Positions 20,592-32,599 of a stretch of DNA of 64,000 nucleotides are shown here, piece by piece. Each line of letters starts with the position of its first letter. Within the stretch, counting starts at the first letter, position 1. The notes under the pieces were generated by a model. It made no database searches. It had not been told where the DNA came from and was given only the letters and a program-made list of their open reading frames with translations. Position numbers and translations under genes: made by a program. Source of the stretch: an uncultured Planctomycetota bacterium (lineage in GTDB: Bacteria; Planctomycetota; Planctomycetia; Isosphaerales; Isosphaeraceae); contig CAVTTN010000002.1 of the NCBI GenBank assembly GCA_963737655.1, positions 2,944,001 to 3,008,000 of the forward strand, written 5' to 3'.

Positions 20592-21934
20592 TTACTTACC
20601 GTCGGGCTTGATCTTCGACCGGACGAGGTCCATCGCCTTGTCCAGTTGCTTGTCGAGCAGGGGCTTCTCGGGCTTGCCGTCCTTGACCTTCGGCGGGTTC
20701 CGGCTGGAGATCATGTCGCGGTTGCGCCGGGCCTCGTACAGGTCGTCCTGCTCGTCGACGGTCAACTTGACCTCGAAGCCGGGGTCGGGCTTCACGCCCC
20801 AGTCGTCGGAATCCTTGGAACTGCGGAACTTGTGGATATTCTTGCCCGAGGGCGCCAGTAGGTGGCCACCGTGAGCTTCATCACGCTGTCGCCGTCGCCG
20901 AGGTGGACGATGTGCTGGACCGACCCCTTCCCGTAGCTCCTCCGGCCGACGATCGTGGCCCTCTTGTGGTCCTGCAACGCGGAGGCGAGGATCTCCGAGG
21001 CGCTGGCCGAGTTCTGATTGACCAAAACGGCCATCGGCAACACGTCGTCCCCCTTGCCGTCCTCGGCGTCGTAGATCCCGCCCTTCTCGGCGTCGTACAT
21101 CTTCTCGCCCGAGTTCCGGCCCTTGGTGCTGACGATCTTGCCCGATTCCAGGAACATGTCGGAGATCTCGACCGCGGCGCTCAGCAGCCCTCCGGGATTG
21201 TTGCGGAGGTCCAGGACCAGCCCCTTCATCCCCTGGGCCTTGAGTTCGTCCAGCGCCTTGCGGAGGTCCTCGGGCGTGTCCTGATAGAACCCGTTGATGC
21301 GGACGTAGCCGATCTTCTTGTCCTTGTCGAACAGGTAATCCCAGGAGTCGTCGGGCTTGCGGGAGTCGGCCAGGATGCTGGGGATCTCGATCAACTGCCT
21401 CTGGATGGCGAGGGTCTCGGTCTTCTCGCCCCCGGGATGGAGGACGGTCAGCTTCACGTTGGTCCCCGGGCGGCCCTGGAGCGCCTCGACGGCCTTATCG
21501 CGGTTCCAGCCCTCGGTGGACTGGCCATCGACTTCCAGGACGACGTCTCCGGCCATCGCGCCGGCCGCGTAGGCGGGCCCGCCGACGAGGGGGGCGAGGA
21601 TCTTCAGGCGGTTGCTCTCCGGGTCGATCACCACCGAGACGCCGATCCCGCTGAAGCTCTCGCCGATGTCCTTCTGGAACTGCTTCCACTCGTTCTCGTT
21701 GAAGTAGATCGAGTGCTCGTCGAGGTTCTGGAGCATCCCCCGGAGGGCGTTCTCCAGGAGTTCCTTGCGGGAGACGGGCCGGACGTAGCTGGCTTCGACC
21801 TGCTCGACGGCATCGACGAACGTGCCGTAGAGCTCCATCATCTCGTCGCGGGGCTTGGCCCCCTGGGTGTTCTTCCAGCAGATCAGGGAGATCACCGCGA
21901 CGGACAGGACCGCGATCAGGTTGCGGCGAGGCAT
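20592..21934 (-). CDS. S41-family carboxy-terminal processing protease with PDZ domain (frameshift near 20850)
   Basis: 'GIGV', 'LDLRNNPGGLL', 'SASASEI', 'SYGKGSVQ', 'KLTVATY'; C-terminus 'GVKPD...DKQLDKA' in shifted frame. Confidence 0.9.
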
Positions 21935-22037
21935 GGACGCCCTCCCAGGGCCGAGGCTCTCGATCCATGATGGCGAAGGGGCGGGACGCGCCAGGGCCGG
22001 TCCGACCGGGCCAATCCCGCCCTTCTCTCCAATCACT

Positions 22038-22661
22038 CTAGCCCACCCGGGCCTCGACGGACAAGGCGCCCGCGGCGTCAATCAAGGCCGAGGCCCCCCC
22101 GTCGGGGCGGGGAACGATCGCCTCGGCGCCGGCTTCCGGGACGGGCCCGGTCACCGGCCCCGATTTCCGCGCGATCCAACCCACGACCGCGGAGACGAGC
22201 ATCAGGGGCCCCGACAGGACGACGGCCATGAATATGGGATCAATGACGAAACGAACCAGGGGTTTCTCTGCATCGGCCGGGACTCGGACGAGGCCCGACC
22301 ATTTCAGGAGCCACAGGGAGGGACGGCTTACCACGCGGAAATAGGCGAGCAGGGAACTCGGGGAAATGGTCCAGAGAGCCAAGACCAGGACCAACCCGGA
22401 GATCGCACTCAGGGCGAAGGCGACCGCTCCCCGGGCCCTCGTCACGCCGACCGGGCCCCGTCGTGCGGCCCAGCAGAGGGCGAGGATCGCGGAGTTCCCA
22501 ATCGGCAGAAGGCCCGCGGTGATATTCCCCTCGAAATACGCCTCCATGGACTCCGATGAGGCAGCAATCCGGGAGTAGGCCCACCGGAACGCGAACAGGT
22601 TGACGGCAACAAACGCCACGAATCCGAGCAGAGACGCAATCGAGACCCGAACTCGTGGCAC
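22038..22661 (-). CDS. hypothetical membrane protein (about 4 TM segments)
   Basis: hydrophobic segments; N-terminus 'RVSIASLLGFVAFVA'. Confidence 0.55.
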   Translation of the reverse strand: MPRVRVSIASLLGFVAFVAVNLFAFRWAYSRIAASSESMEAYFEGNITAGLLPIGNSAILALCWAARRGPVGVTRARGAVAFALSAISGLVLVLALWTISPSSLLAYFRVVSRPSLWLLKWSGLVRVPADAEKPLVRFVIDPIFMAVVLSGPLMLVSAVVGWIARKSGPVTGPVPEAGAEAIVPRPDGGASALIDAAGALSVEARVG

Positions 22662-22764
22662 GGCATCCCTCCCGGGACGGGATTCTCGGTCCCAAATGGC
22701 GGGTCTCAAGAGCCGAGAAACCGTCTGCTGAGGTACATGTTTCGGGGGTCAGAAGGCGGTTTTT

Positions 22765-22834
22765 GTAGGGTCCGCTCTCGCGGACCTCTTCGATTTCCCT
22801 TCGTCGCGAAGAGGTCCGCAAGTGCGGACCCTCC
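22765..22834. repeat. GTAG-type REP doublet
   Basis: gtagggtccgctctcgcggacctcttcg ... cgaagaggtccgcaagtgcggaccct. Confidence 0.75.
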
Positions 22835-22885
22835 AAAAACCCCGATTCGAGGCGCAAAACACGTCCCTTACGAGGGGGAAAGCCC

Positions 22886-24193
22886 TCAAGCCTCCGGTCG
22901 CGAGAACACCCGACGGGGGTTCTCCAGGAGGATGAACCGGGCCACGTCCAGCGCCTTGTCCTCGGACCAACCGTCCTCGGCCATCCTCCTCGCCAGGGCC
23001 GAGGCGAGCACCTTGCGGTACATCGCGTACTTGGGCCGGACGAATTCGAGCTTGTAGGCGTCCGAGTAATAGCCGATCGGCTTGGTCTTGGGCAGCGCCT
23101 GGAGCCTGGCTCGGACGTCCCCCGCGATGTACTCCGGGACGTTCGAATACCACCAGTGCCCCATCGGCACCACATTCGGGAAGATCCAGGAATAGGCCAC
23201 GAGCTCGGCCGAGGCATCCGGCGAGAGCGTCGAGACCGGGAACGTCACGCCCGAAAAGTGGGTAAACAGCGCGGCATAATCCTTCAGGCTGACCCGGCGG
23301 TCGAACAGATCCCGCCCCCCGGCCACCCCGGGCGGATAGAGATTGCGGATCGGGCCGATCATGAGATCGAACGGGAGGTGATGGTCGTCGCAAAGCTCGG
23401 CGATCGTCCAGAAGACGAATCGGCGGACCTCCTCGACCTCGTCGGGTCGGGCGTCCATCCCATGAATCGCCCGGCGGACGGGCGTGACGGCCCGCTTCGG
23501 CGCCCCGGCCAGGGGGACGAAGTCGGGGGGCAGGCTGACCGCGCAGGCCCGGGCCCCGTTCTTCACGAAGAACTCGACGATCGCCCCCAGGGCCAGGCGG
23601 AGGCTCGCCAGGTCCTGGACGTCCACGTTCGTGGCCTCCCGAAGCCTCTGGACGGTCCTCGGATCGTGGAGCTTCAGGACGAGGTCATCGGTCCGCAAGC
23701 AGGGGACGTATTTCGAGCGGTCCCAGCCTTCCAACGGGTCATCGAACTCATTGGTCAGGAAGACCGCTTCGAGGTTCGTCTCCTCCCAGACCTTGCGGTC
23801 CCACGCCGAGGGGTCGGCCGAGCGGTCGGCCCGGCGGAGGAGGTCGTCGATGGTCCGAGGGGTGATCGCGTCGTGGGGGAAGCCGTGGAAGGTCTGGGCG
23901 ATTTCGAGAAGCCAGGCATACTGGGCCGTGTTGTCGATCCGGTCGAGATACTCGGCCAGGTGGCGGACCTTCACCTCGGGCGCCACGTCGGGGCCGACCA
24001 GGGCGGCGGGCATCCCCGCCGAGTGGGCGAGCTCGGTATAGTAGTGGTAGCCGAGGACCTCATCGAGGCCGCGAGACGCCGGGCGCAACGGGTCGATGTG
24101 GGAGTGGGGGTCGAAGATCGGCCACCTCGCCATCTCGGCGACGAGGGCGGCGGCCCGAGGGTCCGAGGCGGGATGAGTCGAGGTCATGGCCAT
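22886..24193 (-). CDS. amidohydrolase-fold protein, glucuronate isomerase-like
   Basis: 'IFDPHSH', 'LGYHYY.EL', 'LTNEFDD', 'GHWWY', 'YYSDAYKLEF'. Confidence 0.75.
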   Translation of the reverse strand: MAMTSTHPASDPRAAALVAEMARWPIFDPHSHIDPLRPASRGLDEVLGYHYYTELAHSAGMPAALVGPDVAPEVKVRHLAEYLDRIDNTAQYAWLLEIAQTFHGFPHDAITPRTIDDLLRRADRSADPSAWDRKVWEETNLEAVFLTNEFDDPLEGWDRSKYVPCLRTDDLVLKLHDPRTVQRLREATNVDVQDLASLRLALGAIVEFFVKNGARACAVSLPPDFVPLAGAPKRAVTPVRRAIHGMDARPDEVEEVRRFVFWTIAELCDDHHLPFDLMIGPIRNLYPPGVAGGRDLFDRRVSLKDYAALFTHFSGVTFPVSTLSPDASAELVAYSWIFPNVVPMGHWWYSNVPEYIAGDVRARLQALPKTKPIGYYSDAYKLEFVRPKYAMYRKVLASALARRMAEDGWSEDKALDVARFILLENPRRVFSRPEA

Positions 24194-24310
24194 GACGCGG
24201 TCCGAATCGGTCCGGCGAGGGGATCACTCGCGAGCCACCCTAGCGGCCCTCCCGCCAACTCGCAAGGGCCGCGGAGCCCCGCCCGGCCGCGACCCGGAGG
24301 GCCCCGGCCG

Positions 24311-25042
24311 ATGAACATCGTCGTGACCGGAGGAGGGACGATCGCCCCGATCGACGACGTGCGACGGATCACCAACGCCTCGACCGGCCGGTTCTCCGCC
24401 GAGATCACCGAGGCCTGCCTCGACCGGGGGGCCACGGTCTGGCACGTCCACGCCCCCACCGCCCTCCTCCCCTTCGATCGGTCGGCCCGGGTCGACCTGA
24501 ACGCCGATCCGGCGAACGAGGCCGAACGAATTCACGCCCTCCGCGACCGTTTCGCCGCCTCCCGGGGCCGCCTCCACCTCGTCCCCCTGGCCGAAGGGAC
24601 CGTCGCCGACTACGCCCGGACCCTGCTCGCCGTCTTCCGGGAGGCCCCGATCGACGTCGCCTTCCTCGCGATGGCCGTCTCCGACTTCGAGCCGGAGCCG
24701 ATCGCCGGCAAGATCCGATCCGACTCCGAGGACCGGGTCCTCCGGCTCCGACCGACCCCCAAGATCATCCGATCGGTCCGCGACTGGGCCCCGTCGCTGT
24801 TCCTCGTCGGCTTCAAGCTGCTCTCGGGAAGCTCGACGGAGGACCTGATCGAACGGGCCGAGGCGTCGGGCCGCGAAAACCGGGCCGACCTGACCGTCGC
24901 GAATGATTTCCGCACCGTCCGCGACGGCCGGCACACGATCCACCTCGTCCGCCCCGGCCATCCGGTCGAGACCCTGGGCCCCGATCCTCATCCCGCCGAG
25001 GGCCTCGTCGATCGGGCCCTGGCCTGGGCGGCGGCCCGATGA
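24311..25042 (+). CDS. phosphopantothenate--cysteine ligase domain (stand-alone CoaB-like)
   Basis: 'VVTGGGTIAPIDDVRRITNASTG', 'AMAVSDF', 'PTPKII', 'LVGFKL', 'VANDF'. Confidence 0.85.
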   Translation: MNIVVTGGGTIAPIDDVRRITNASTGRFSAEITEACLDRGATVWHVHAPTALLPFDRSARVDLNADPANEAERIHALRDRFAASRGRLHLVPLAEGTVADYARTLLAVFREAPIDVAFLAMAVSDFEPEPIAGKIRSDSEDRVLRLRPTPKIIRSVRDWAPSLFLVGFKLLSGSSTEDLIERAEASGRENRADLTVANDFRTVRDGRHTIHLVRPGHPVETLGPDPHPAEGLVDRALAWAAAR

Positions 25043-26220
25043 TCGAACCCCCCGACGATCGTCCCCGGGTGTATTATCCCGAGCTCGACGGCCTCCGATT
25101 CGTCGCATTCCTCCTGGTTTTCGTGTTCCACGGGGGAATCCCCCAGCTTGCCCCGGCGATCGACTCGGCCGCGGGGCTGATCCGAGGGCGCGGCCTGCCC
25201 TCGCCCGGCCCCACGATCGGCCGGACCGTCGTCGCCAACGGCTGGATCGGTGTCCAGTTTTTTTTCGTCCTGTCCGGCTTCCTCATCACCACCCTGTTGC
25301 TCCGCGAGGAGGACCGATATGGCCGGATCTCGCTCAAAGCCTTCTGGGCCCGGCGAATCCTGAGGATCTGGCCCCTCTATTACCTGACCGTGGGCCTGAC
25401 CTTCTTCGTCCTCCCGGCGATCGAGGGGACGTTCGGGAGTCTCGACCGTCGACAGGTCCTCCCGTTCCTCCTGTTCGCCGGCAACTGGTCGATGGGTCTC
25501 CTCGGACCGCCGCCCCGGGACGAGATTACGGTGCTTTGGAGCGTTTGCGTCGAGGAACAGTTCTATTTGTTCTGTCCCCTGCTCGTGACCTGGGTCGCCC
25601 CCCGGTTTCGGATGGGTGTTGTCGGGGTTTTGATGGGACTGGGCATTCTGGGTCGTTGGTTCGAGGCCCGCGCGCTGGTCGCCGGGAAAATCACCCCCCT
25701 GCTCTTCCAGTTCAGCACGATTACCCATCTTGACACGCTCCTGGCGGGCGTGATGCTCGCGCTGGTGTGGCCTCGAAGGCCGAGGAACGGGCGGCGATCG
25801 GCGATCGTCCTCCAAGTCCTGGCAATCTCGGCATTCCTGGCAATTCTGGCTACGCCGGGGCTGGCGAGGGGCTCGTTGTTCCATCTCTCGGCCGACTATT
25901 GCGGGATCGCCCTGGCCTCGGCGGCGATCGTGGCCTCGGCGGCGACCGGCCGGGGCCCGATGGCGGGCGTCCTCCGCTACTCTCGCCTTGTGTGGCTCGG
26001 CACGATCAGTTATGGCCTGTACATGCTCCACGAGGTCGCGCTCAGGCTCCAGAAACGAAGCTTCGAGGCGATCGGCTGGTTCCCGAACCAGGAGCACCTG
26101 GGGCCGATCGCCGCGTTCGTCCTCACCGTCCTCCTGGCATCAGCTTCCTATTATGTCGTGGAACGGCCGTTTCTTCGACTCAAGAAGGCATTCACACGCG
26201 TCCCGTCGCGGCCCGTGTGA
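25039..26220 (+). CDS. acyltransferase family 3 (OafA-like) membrane O-acyltransferase
   Basis: 'LDGLRFVA...VFH', 'GVQFFFVLSGFLIT', 'RRILRIWPLYY', 'WSVCVEEQFY', 'ISYGLYMLH', 'SYYVVERP'. Confidence 0.92.
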   Translation: MIEPPDDRPRVYYPELDGLRFVAFLLVFVFHGGIPQLAPAIDSAAGLIRGRGLPSPGPTIGRTVVANGWIGVQFFFVLSGFLITTLLLREEDRYGRISLKAFWARRILRIWPLYYLTVGLTFFVLPAIEGTFGSLDRRQVLPFLLFAGNWSMGLLGPPPRDEITVLWSVCVEEQFYLFCPLLVTWVAPRFRMGVVGVLMGLGILGRWFEARALVAGKITPLLFQFSTITHLDTLLAGVMLALVWPRRPRNGRRSAIVLQVLAISAFLAILATPGLARGSLFHLSADYCGIALASAAIVASAATGRGPMAGVLRYSRLVWLGTISYGLYMLHEVALRLQKRSFEAIGWFPNQEHLGPIAAFVLTVLLASASYYVVERPFLRLKKAFTRVPSRPV

Positions 26221-26247
26221 GGTCGGGGATGTCCAGGAGGCCCGCCG

Positions 26248-27727
26248 ATGCCGCTCCGATCCGTTCGGTTTCGAGTCGCGGCGATTCTCGGAGCCACGCT
26301 GGTGGCCGGCCCGGTCCGCGCCGACCTGGTCTTCTTCGTCGAGGGCACGAAGGGGCAGATGCCGGCCTCGCTGACGGCCGACCGCATCCGGATCGAGACG
26401 CCCGAAGGCCCGCGAGACTACCCCCGATCCGACCTCCTCAAGCACGTCCCCGGGTTCTGCCCCGAGCGGGAATGGCTCGAAAAGAAGTCCGAGGCGCTCA
26501 AGGGTAAGGTTCAGGTCCGTCTGGAGGCCGCGTCCTGGGCGATTGGCCACGGCCTGGTCGCCGAGGCCGAATCGATGTACCGGGCGGCCCGCGAGGCCGA
26601 CCCAACCAATCCCACGGCGAATCGGCTCGGATCTCTCGTCGATCGCCTCGAAGCCGACAGCCCCGACCCGGACCTCGCCCCGATCCGCCGAGGGTTCCCG
26701 GCCGACGTCCGGATCGCCCGAGGCCCCCACGTCCTGCTCTTCCACCAGCATTCGGACCGTGAGGCGCAGGGGCGGGTGGATTTGCTCGAAAAAGTCTACA
26801 AAAGCTTCTTTTACGCGTTTGCTGAGCTGGGGATCGACCTGGAACCGCCCCGCGACCGCCTGCCCTCGATCTGGTTCGCGCGGAAAGACGACTACCTGGC
26901 GGCCCTGAACGAGCAGGGGGCGACGGCGTTCCTCACGACTCGGGGCTTTCACAGCCCAACCCGCGGCCTGGTCCTGGCTTACGACTGCCGGAGCGACCCG
27001 AAACGGATCGAGGCCCAGGACGTCCTCCGCCGGAATCGGGCCGAGCTGGACCGGCTCGCCGCCCAGATCCAGGCGATGCCCAGGGGAGGCCGAATCCGGC
27101 TCGGGCTCAACGGCCAGCCTCCCCGGCCGCTTGGCCGAGACGAGGCCAGGCGAGACCTCGACGCGATGCTCCGCCGGCTCGACCGCCAATCGCTCTTCAT
27201 GGCGATTGAGGCCCGAGAGATCGACGGGGCGGTGGCGGCCCACGAGACCGTCCACCAGCTCGTGGCCCGCTCCGGCCTCTCGCCCCGGGCCGACGCCTTC
27301 CCCACCTGGCTGAACGAGGGCCTGGCGATGCAATTCGAGTCGTTCCGAGGAGGGACGTGGGCCGGTCCCGAGGCCCCCTGCGGCTTTCGGCTCCGCGACT
27401 TCCGGGTCATCCAACCGGAGCCCCGGCTCGCCCCGATCCTCAGCGACGACGGCCTGAACCGAGGCTACCGCCAGGACGCCTACGCGAGGGCCTGGTCGCT
27501 CGTCTACGTCCTCCGATCGCAGGCGCCGCAAACCTTCGTCGCCCTGCTCGACCACCTCCGGAACCCGGGGTCCACCCGCGGCCAAACGCCCCAGGAACGG
27601 GCCAGAAACGCCCTCCTCGACGATTTCGACGGAGGGGCTCGACGCCCTGGAGGCCCGATGGAAGCAAGCCCTCCAGGCGCTAGACGACCCCCTCGCCACC
27701 CGGCTTCCCCCGCCGCATCGGGATTGA
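26248..27727 (+). CDS. secreted DUF1570-like putative zinc peptidase (probable frameshift near 27635)
   Basis: signal peptide, 'AHETVHQL', 'PTWLNEGLAMQFE', 'YARAWSLVY'; shifted frame gives 'LDALEARWKQAL...RD*' ending 27727. Confidence 0.7.
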
Positions 27728-27751
27728 CAGCGGGCCTGGCTTCGGTATGAT
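27724..27751 (+). promoter_or_regulatory. sigma-70-type promoter for tRNA-Pro
   Basis: TTGACA-16 nt-TATGAT, 19 nt upstream of the tRNA. Confidence 0.75.
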
Positions 27752-27770
27752 GCGAAAGACGAAGGCTGAT

Positions 27771-27850
<80 letters not shown>

Positions 27851-27967
27851 CGCAAGTCACCCGCCAAACACGAGTTAGGTATACCTGCCGACGGTCGGCA
27901 GAGCGGCCTGGAGGTCCGTGAGGAGTAGTACCGGTACTACTTCGGGCCCGGGATAGGTGCTCTGCCC

Positions 27968-28651
27968 ATGCCCCCCGCCACCATCCGCATCCCCAAGTAC
28001 CGCCATGACAAGCCCAAGGACCTGGCCGTCGTCCGCATCGCCGGCCGCGACCACTCCCTGGGCAAGTACGGCTCCGACGCCAGCCGCGAGAATTACCGGC
28101 GGCTGGTCGCCCCGTCCCTGGCGACCCCCGACGCCCCGGCGGCCGACCCCTCCGGCCGGACCGTCGACTAGCTGCTCGTGGCCTGCTGGGACCGCCACGT
28201 CGTCCCGTACTACGTCAACGACGGCCGCCCCACCCCCGAGCGCGACAACATCCGCCAGGCCCTCCGCCTCCTGCGGCGGCTCCACGGCCCGGCCCCGGCC
28301 CGCGAGTTTGGCCCCCAGGCCCTGAAGCTCGTGCGGGCCGAGATGGTCTGCGCCGGCCGCTGCTGGACCCTCGTCAACAAGGACGTCAACCGGGTCCGCG
28401 CCCTGTTCCGCTGGGCGGCCGAGGAGGAACTCTACCCCGGCGGGGCGTACCAGGCCCTCCGGGCGGTCCAGGCATTGGCCCGGGGCCGGTCCGACGCCAG
28501 GGAGCGGCCGCCGGTCGGCCCGGTGGACCCGGCGGTCGTCGAGGCCACGCTGCCGGGGCTGACGGCGCCGGTGGTGGCGATGGTCCGGCTCCAGCTCCTG
28601 ACCAGGGCCCGGCCCGGCGAGGTCGCGGCGATCCGGCCCCGGGAGGTCGAC
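27968..28651 (+). pseudogene. tyrosine recombinase/integrase remnant
   Basis: 'IPKYR..K..DLAVV.I.GRD..LG.YGS', 'FGPQALK.VR', 'LFRWA', first catalytic-Arg box 'LQLLTRARPGEV..IRP'; in-frame TAG at 28169; truncated before the HxxR and Tyr motifs. Confidence 0.85.
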
Positions 28652-28951
28652 CTCCAGCAGCCACGGCGTCGCCAGCGCCGGCGCCGCCCACATCCGCGCC
28701 GCCCGGCCCGGGTCCTCCATCCGCGACCGCTGCCACTGCCAGCCGCCGCCCTTGAGCACCTTGAACGACTGATCGACCCACGCCCGCCAGCCGTACCACG
28801 CCGCGTCGGCGGCCCCGGGCGCCAGGTCGGTCAGGACCAGCCACGGCCCCTCGTGCCCCGGCTCCCACCGCGTCATCAGCGTGCAGTCCAGCCGCGCCGC
28901 GGCCCGGCGGTAGGCCTGGAGGCGGCCGCGTTGCGGCACTTCATGGTCCAC
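28652..28951 (-). pseudogene. IS4-like DDE transposase C-terminal fragment fused to the integrase remnant
   Basis: 'PWLVLTDL....A..WYGWRAWVDQSFK.LK.GGWQW..SR' resembles the Y-x2-R-x3-E-x6-K region. Confidence 0.65.
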
Positions 28952-29107
28952 CCGCTCCAGGCCCTGGCCCCAGGAACGTACCGAAGAGAGACTGCGACGG
29001 CCCGGGGATCAGTTCCATAGATCCTTGACAAGGTGATGAAAGAAGAACGAGAATGCGACCTCGGATGGCTCTGGCTCGGCCCCAGGGATCCTGAAAGGAG
29101 CGTTCCG

Positions 29108-29715
29108 ATGGCGGGGTGCCCCGAGGATGCGGCACGATCCCTCGACGCGGCCCTGGCCGGCTCGCTCGATGCTCTGGGCGAGACCCTGGAGGGTTGCCGG
29201 TTCTATCTCCTGGCCGTGGCGGAGCGCGACCTCGACCTGGACCTCCGCGCCAAGGGGGGGGCGTCGGACCTGGTCCAGGAGACCTTCCTGGAAGCCCAGC
29301 GTGACTTCGCTCAGTTCGGCGGTAAGACCCCGGACGAGCTCCTGATCTGGCTCAGGCGGCTCCTGAAGAACAACATGGCGAACTTCCTCCGCCACTACCG
29401 GGGTACGGCGAAGCGGAGGTCCGCCAGGGAGGTCCAGCCCGGGGGCGACGCCTCGGCCGGGGGCCTGGCGGCCCGGGTGGCCGACGGCGCCCGAGCCCCA
29501 GCCAGGTCCTGATGGAAGAGGAGACGAACGATGAGCTGAGGCGGGCGATCGACGCCCTGCCCGCCGACCAGGGGCGGATCCTCCTCCTCCGCTACATCGA
29601 GGGCCGCTCGTTCGAGGAGATCGCCGCGGCGATGGGGCGGACCCCGAACGCGGCGAGGAAGCTCTGGGGGAGGGCCGTCGAGAGCCTCCAGGGCGTCCTG
29701 GACGGGCCGCGATGA
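29108..29715 (+). CDS. ECF sigma-70 factor, planctomycete kinase-associated type (frameshift near 29490)
   Basis: 'YLLAVA....LRAK..ASDLVQETFLEA.RDF..F.G', 'WLRRLL.NN', 'KR...REV'; shifted frame 'PSPSQVL', sigma4 'LP..GR.LLLRY.EG.SFEEIA..MGR...AARKLW.RAV'. Confidence 0.88.
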
Positions 29716-32599
29716 GCGACCCGACCGATCCCTCGGCCGATGGGGATCGCCTGTTCGACCTGATGGCCGAATTCGATGAGGCCCTGGTCGCCGGGGCCGA
29801 GACGCCGGAAGCCGGACTGCTCGGGCCCGGCGCCGACCCCGAGCTCCTGTCCCGCCTGGCCGGGAGGATGGCCTCGCTGAGGCGGCTCCACTCGCTCCGC
29901 GCGGACGCCCGGGGGCCGGCCCCGGGGCCCGGCCCGGCACCGCGGACGTTCGGCCGGTTCTCGATCCTCCGCGAGCTCGGCCGTGGGGGCTGCGGGGTCG
30001 TGTTCCTGGCGAACGACCCCAGCCTTCGCCGCGAGGTCGCGCTGAAGGTCCCGAACCCGGAGGCGTTCACCAGCGACTCGCTCCGCCGACGGTTCCAGCG
30101 CAAGGCGCAGGCCGCGGCGGCCCTGGACCATCCGAACATCATCGCGGTCTTCGAGTGCGGAGAGGTCGGCCCGGTCCCCTACATCACCTCGGCCTTCTGC
30201 CCGGGGCCGAACCTCTCGGTCTGGGCGAGCTCTCGGGCCGGCCCGATCCCGGCCCGGCAGGCGGCGGAGATCGTCCTGAGCCTGGCCGGCGCGATCCGCC
30301 ACGCGCATTCGCGGGGGGTCCTCCACCGCGACCTGAAGCCGAGCAACGTGTTGATGGTCCCCCCCGACGGGGACGCCTCGCCGTCGCCGGGAGGCGAGGT
30401 GGCCGATTCCCCCCGGCTGACCGACTTCGGCCTGGCCAGCGTGTTCCGGGCGGAGGGGGCGGGGACGGCCGTCGAGGCCGGGGCGACCAACCTGACGAAA
30501 TCCGGGATGATCTTCGGGACCCCGGCCTACATGACCCCGGAGCAGGCCGACGGCCGGGTCGGGGCGATCGGCCCGGCGACGGACGTCTACGGCCTGGGGA
30601 CGATCCTGTACGAGCTCCTGACGGGCCGGGCCCCGTTCGTCTCCGAGTCCTCGCTAGAGACGCTCCAGCAAGTCCTCCGCGACGAGCCGGTCCCGCCCCG
30701 ACGGCTCCGCCCGAGGCTCTCCCGGACCCTGGAGACGATCTGCCTGAAGTGCCTGGAGAAGGACCCGAGGCGCCGCTACTCGACGGCCGCCGGGCTCGCC
30801 GAGGACCTCGCCCGCTACCTCGACGGTCGGCCGATCGCGGCGAGGCCGACGGGCCTCCTCGAGCGCGCCTGGCGATGGTCCCGCCGCGAGCCGAAGGTCG
30901 CGAGCCTGCTGGCCCTGGTCGTCCTGGCCACGGTCGCGGGATTCGCCGGGGTCTCCTGGCAATGGAGGAGGGCCCAGGGGCAGACGGTCCTCGCCCGGGC
31001 CCAGAGGGATGCCGCCGAGTTCCAGAGGACCCGCGCGGAGAGCCACTTCCGCAAGGCCCGCCTGGTCGTCGATCGGCTGACCAGCCTCTCCGACGAGATG
31101 CGCTATCAGCCCCGAATGGAGAAGACCCGCCGATCCCTCCTCGAGGAGGTCTCACAGTTCTACCAGGAATTCCTGGTCGAGAAGAGCGACGACCCCGGGG
31201 TCCGGCTCGACGCGGCGTGGAACTGCCTCCGTCTTGCCGAGATCTACGCGTGGCTGGGGCGATGGGACCAGGGCAAGGAGGCGATCCAACGCGCCGACGG
31301 CCTGCTCGCGAGCCTCGAGGCCGAGGACCCCGACCGGGCCGAGTACCTCGACGTCCGGGTCACCTACTTCTGGCACCTCAGCGGCTACTACCGCGGCCAC
31401 GACCTCCATCGCGAGGCGCTGAGGGACTACGACGAGGGGATCGCCTACGCCCGCCGCCTGATCGGCGCCCCTCCGGCGCCCCCGGGGGTCGCGTTCCGGA
31501 TGGCGAACCTCCTGGTCAATCGGGCCCTGTCCCGGAAGATCCTCGGGATGAGAAAGGAGGCGGAGCAGGATTATCTCGCCGCGATCGAGATCCAGAACGA
31601 GGCGATCCGGGTCCCGGACGCGAGCCCCGGGCGCCGGGCGCCCTCTCCTGGTGGTCCGAGCTGGCCCTGAGCACGGACGATTACGGGTTCCTGCTCTGGG
31701 AGGACGGGCGCCGAGCGGAGGCGGAGGTGGCCTGTCGGCGGGCCCTGGGCATCCGCCGGGAACTGCTCAAGAAGAGGCCCCAGTACGCCTCCCACAGCTT
31801 TTTCCTGGCGAGGAGCCTGGTCCGCCTCTCGGTGATCCAGAGGGGGAACGGCCAGAGGGACGCGGGCGAGGCGAGCCTCCGAGAGGTGATCGGGATCCTC
31901 CGATCGGTCCTCGCCGAGAGCCCCGATTACCGGGCCGTCCGCGAGCTCCTGGCCGATGCCTGGGCGGACCTCGCCTCTCTCCTGGACGACCTGGGACGAT
32001 ACCGGGAGGCGGCCGACGCGTTCCGCAGCAGCGCCGAGACCCGGGCCGCCCTGGCTCCGGTCGCCACCGACCCCGCCCGTCTCCACCGGGAGATCGGCCG
32101 CCGATGGTCCGATTCGGCCGAGGAGCTGACCAGGGCCGGGCTCGCCAAGGAGGCGCTGGCCGCCCACGACCGGGCGCTCAAGGAGGCGCCGGACGAACCC
32201 TACCCCCAGAACACGGCCGCCTGGTTCCTCGTGACCTCGCCGGACCCGACCGTCCTCGATCCGCCCCGGGCGGTGGCCCTCGCGCGCGCGGCCGTGCGCA
32301 CGGAGCCCGGGTCGGGGAACTACTGGAACACGCTGGGCGTCGCCCTCTACCGCGACGGGGCGCTCGCCGAGGCCCGCACGTCCCTGGAGAAGGCGATGGC
32401 GCTCAAGGGGGGCGGGGGCGCCTATGACTGGTACTTCCTCGCGATGATCCGCTGGAAGATGGGCGAGCCGGGACCGGCCCGCGACCTGTACGACCGAGCC
32501 TCGCGGGCACCCCTCCCGAATCATCCTCCCACCGACGCCGAGCTCCGCCGGTTCCGCGCCGAGGCCGAGGCCCTGATGAGCATACCGCCCGCCCCCTGA
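29712..32599 (+). CDS. Hanks-type Ser/Thr protein kinase with TM segment and TPR domain (frameshift near 31640)
   Basis: 'LGRGGCGVV', 'VALK', 'HRDLKPSN', 'TDFGLA', 'GTPAYMTPEQ', 'TDVYGLG'; TM 'VASLLALVVLATVAGFAGV'; TPR 'NTAAWFL', 'YWNTLGVALYR'; start overlaps the sigma stop (ATGA). Confidence 0.9.
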
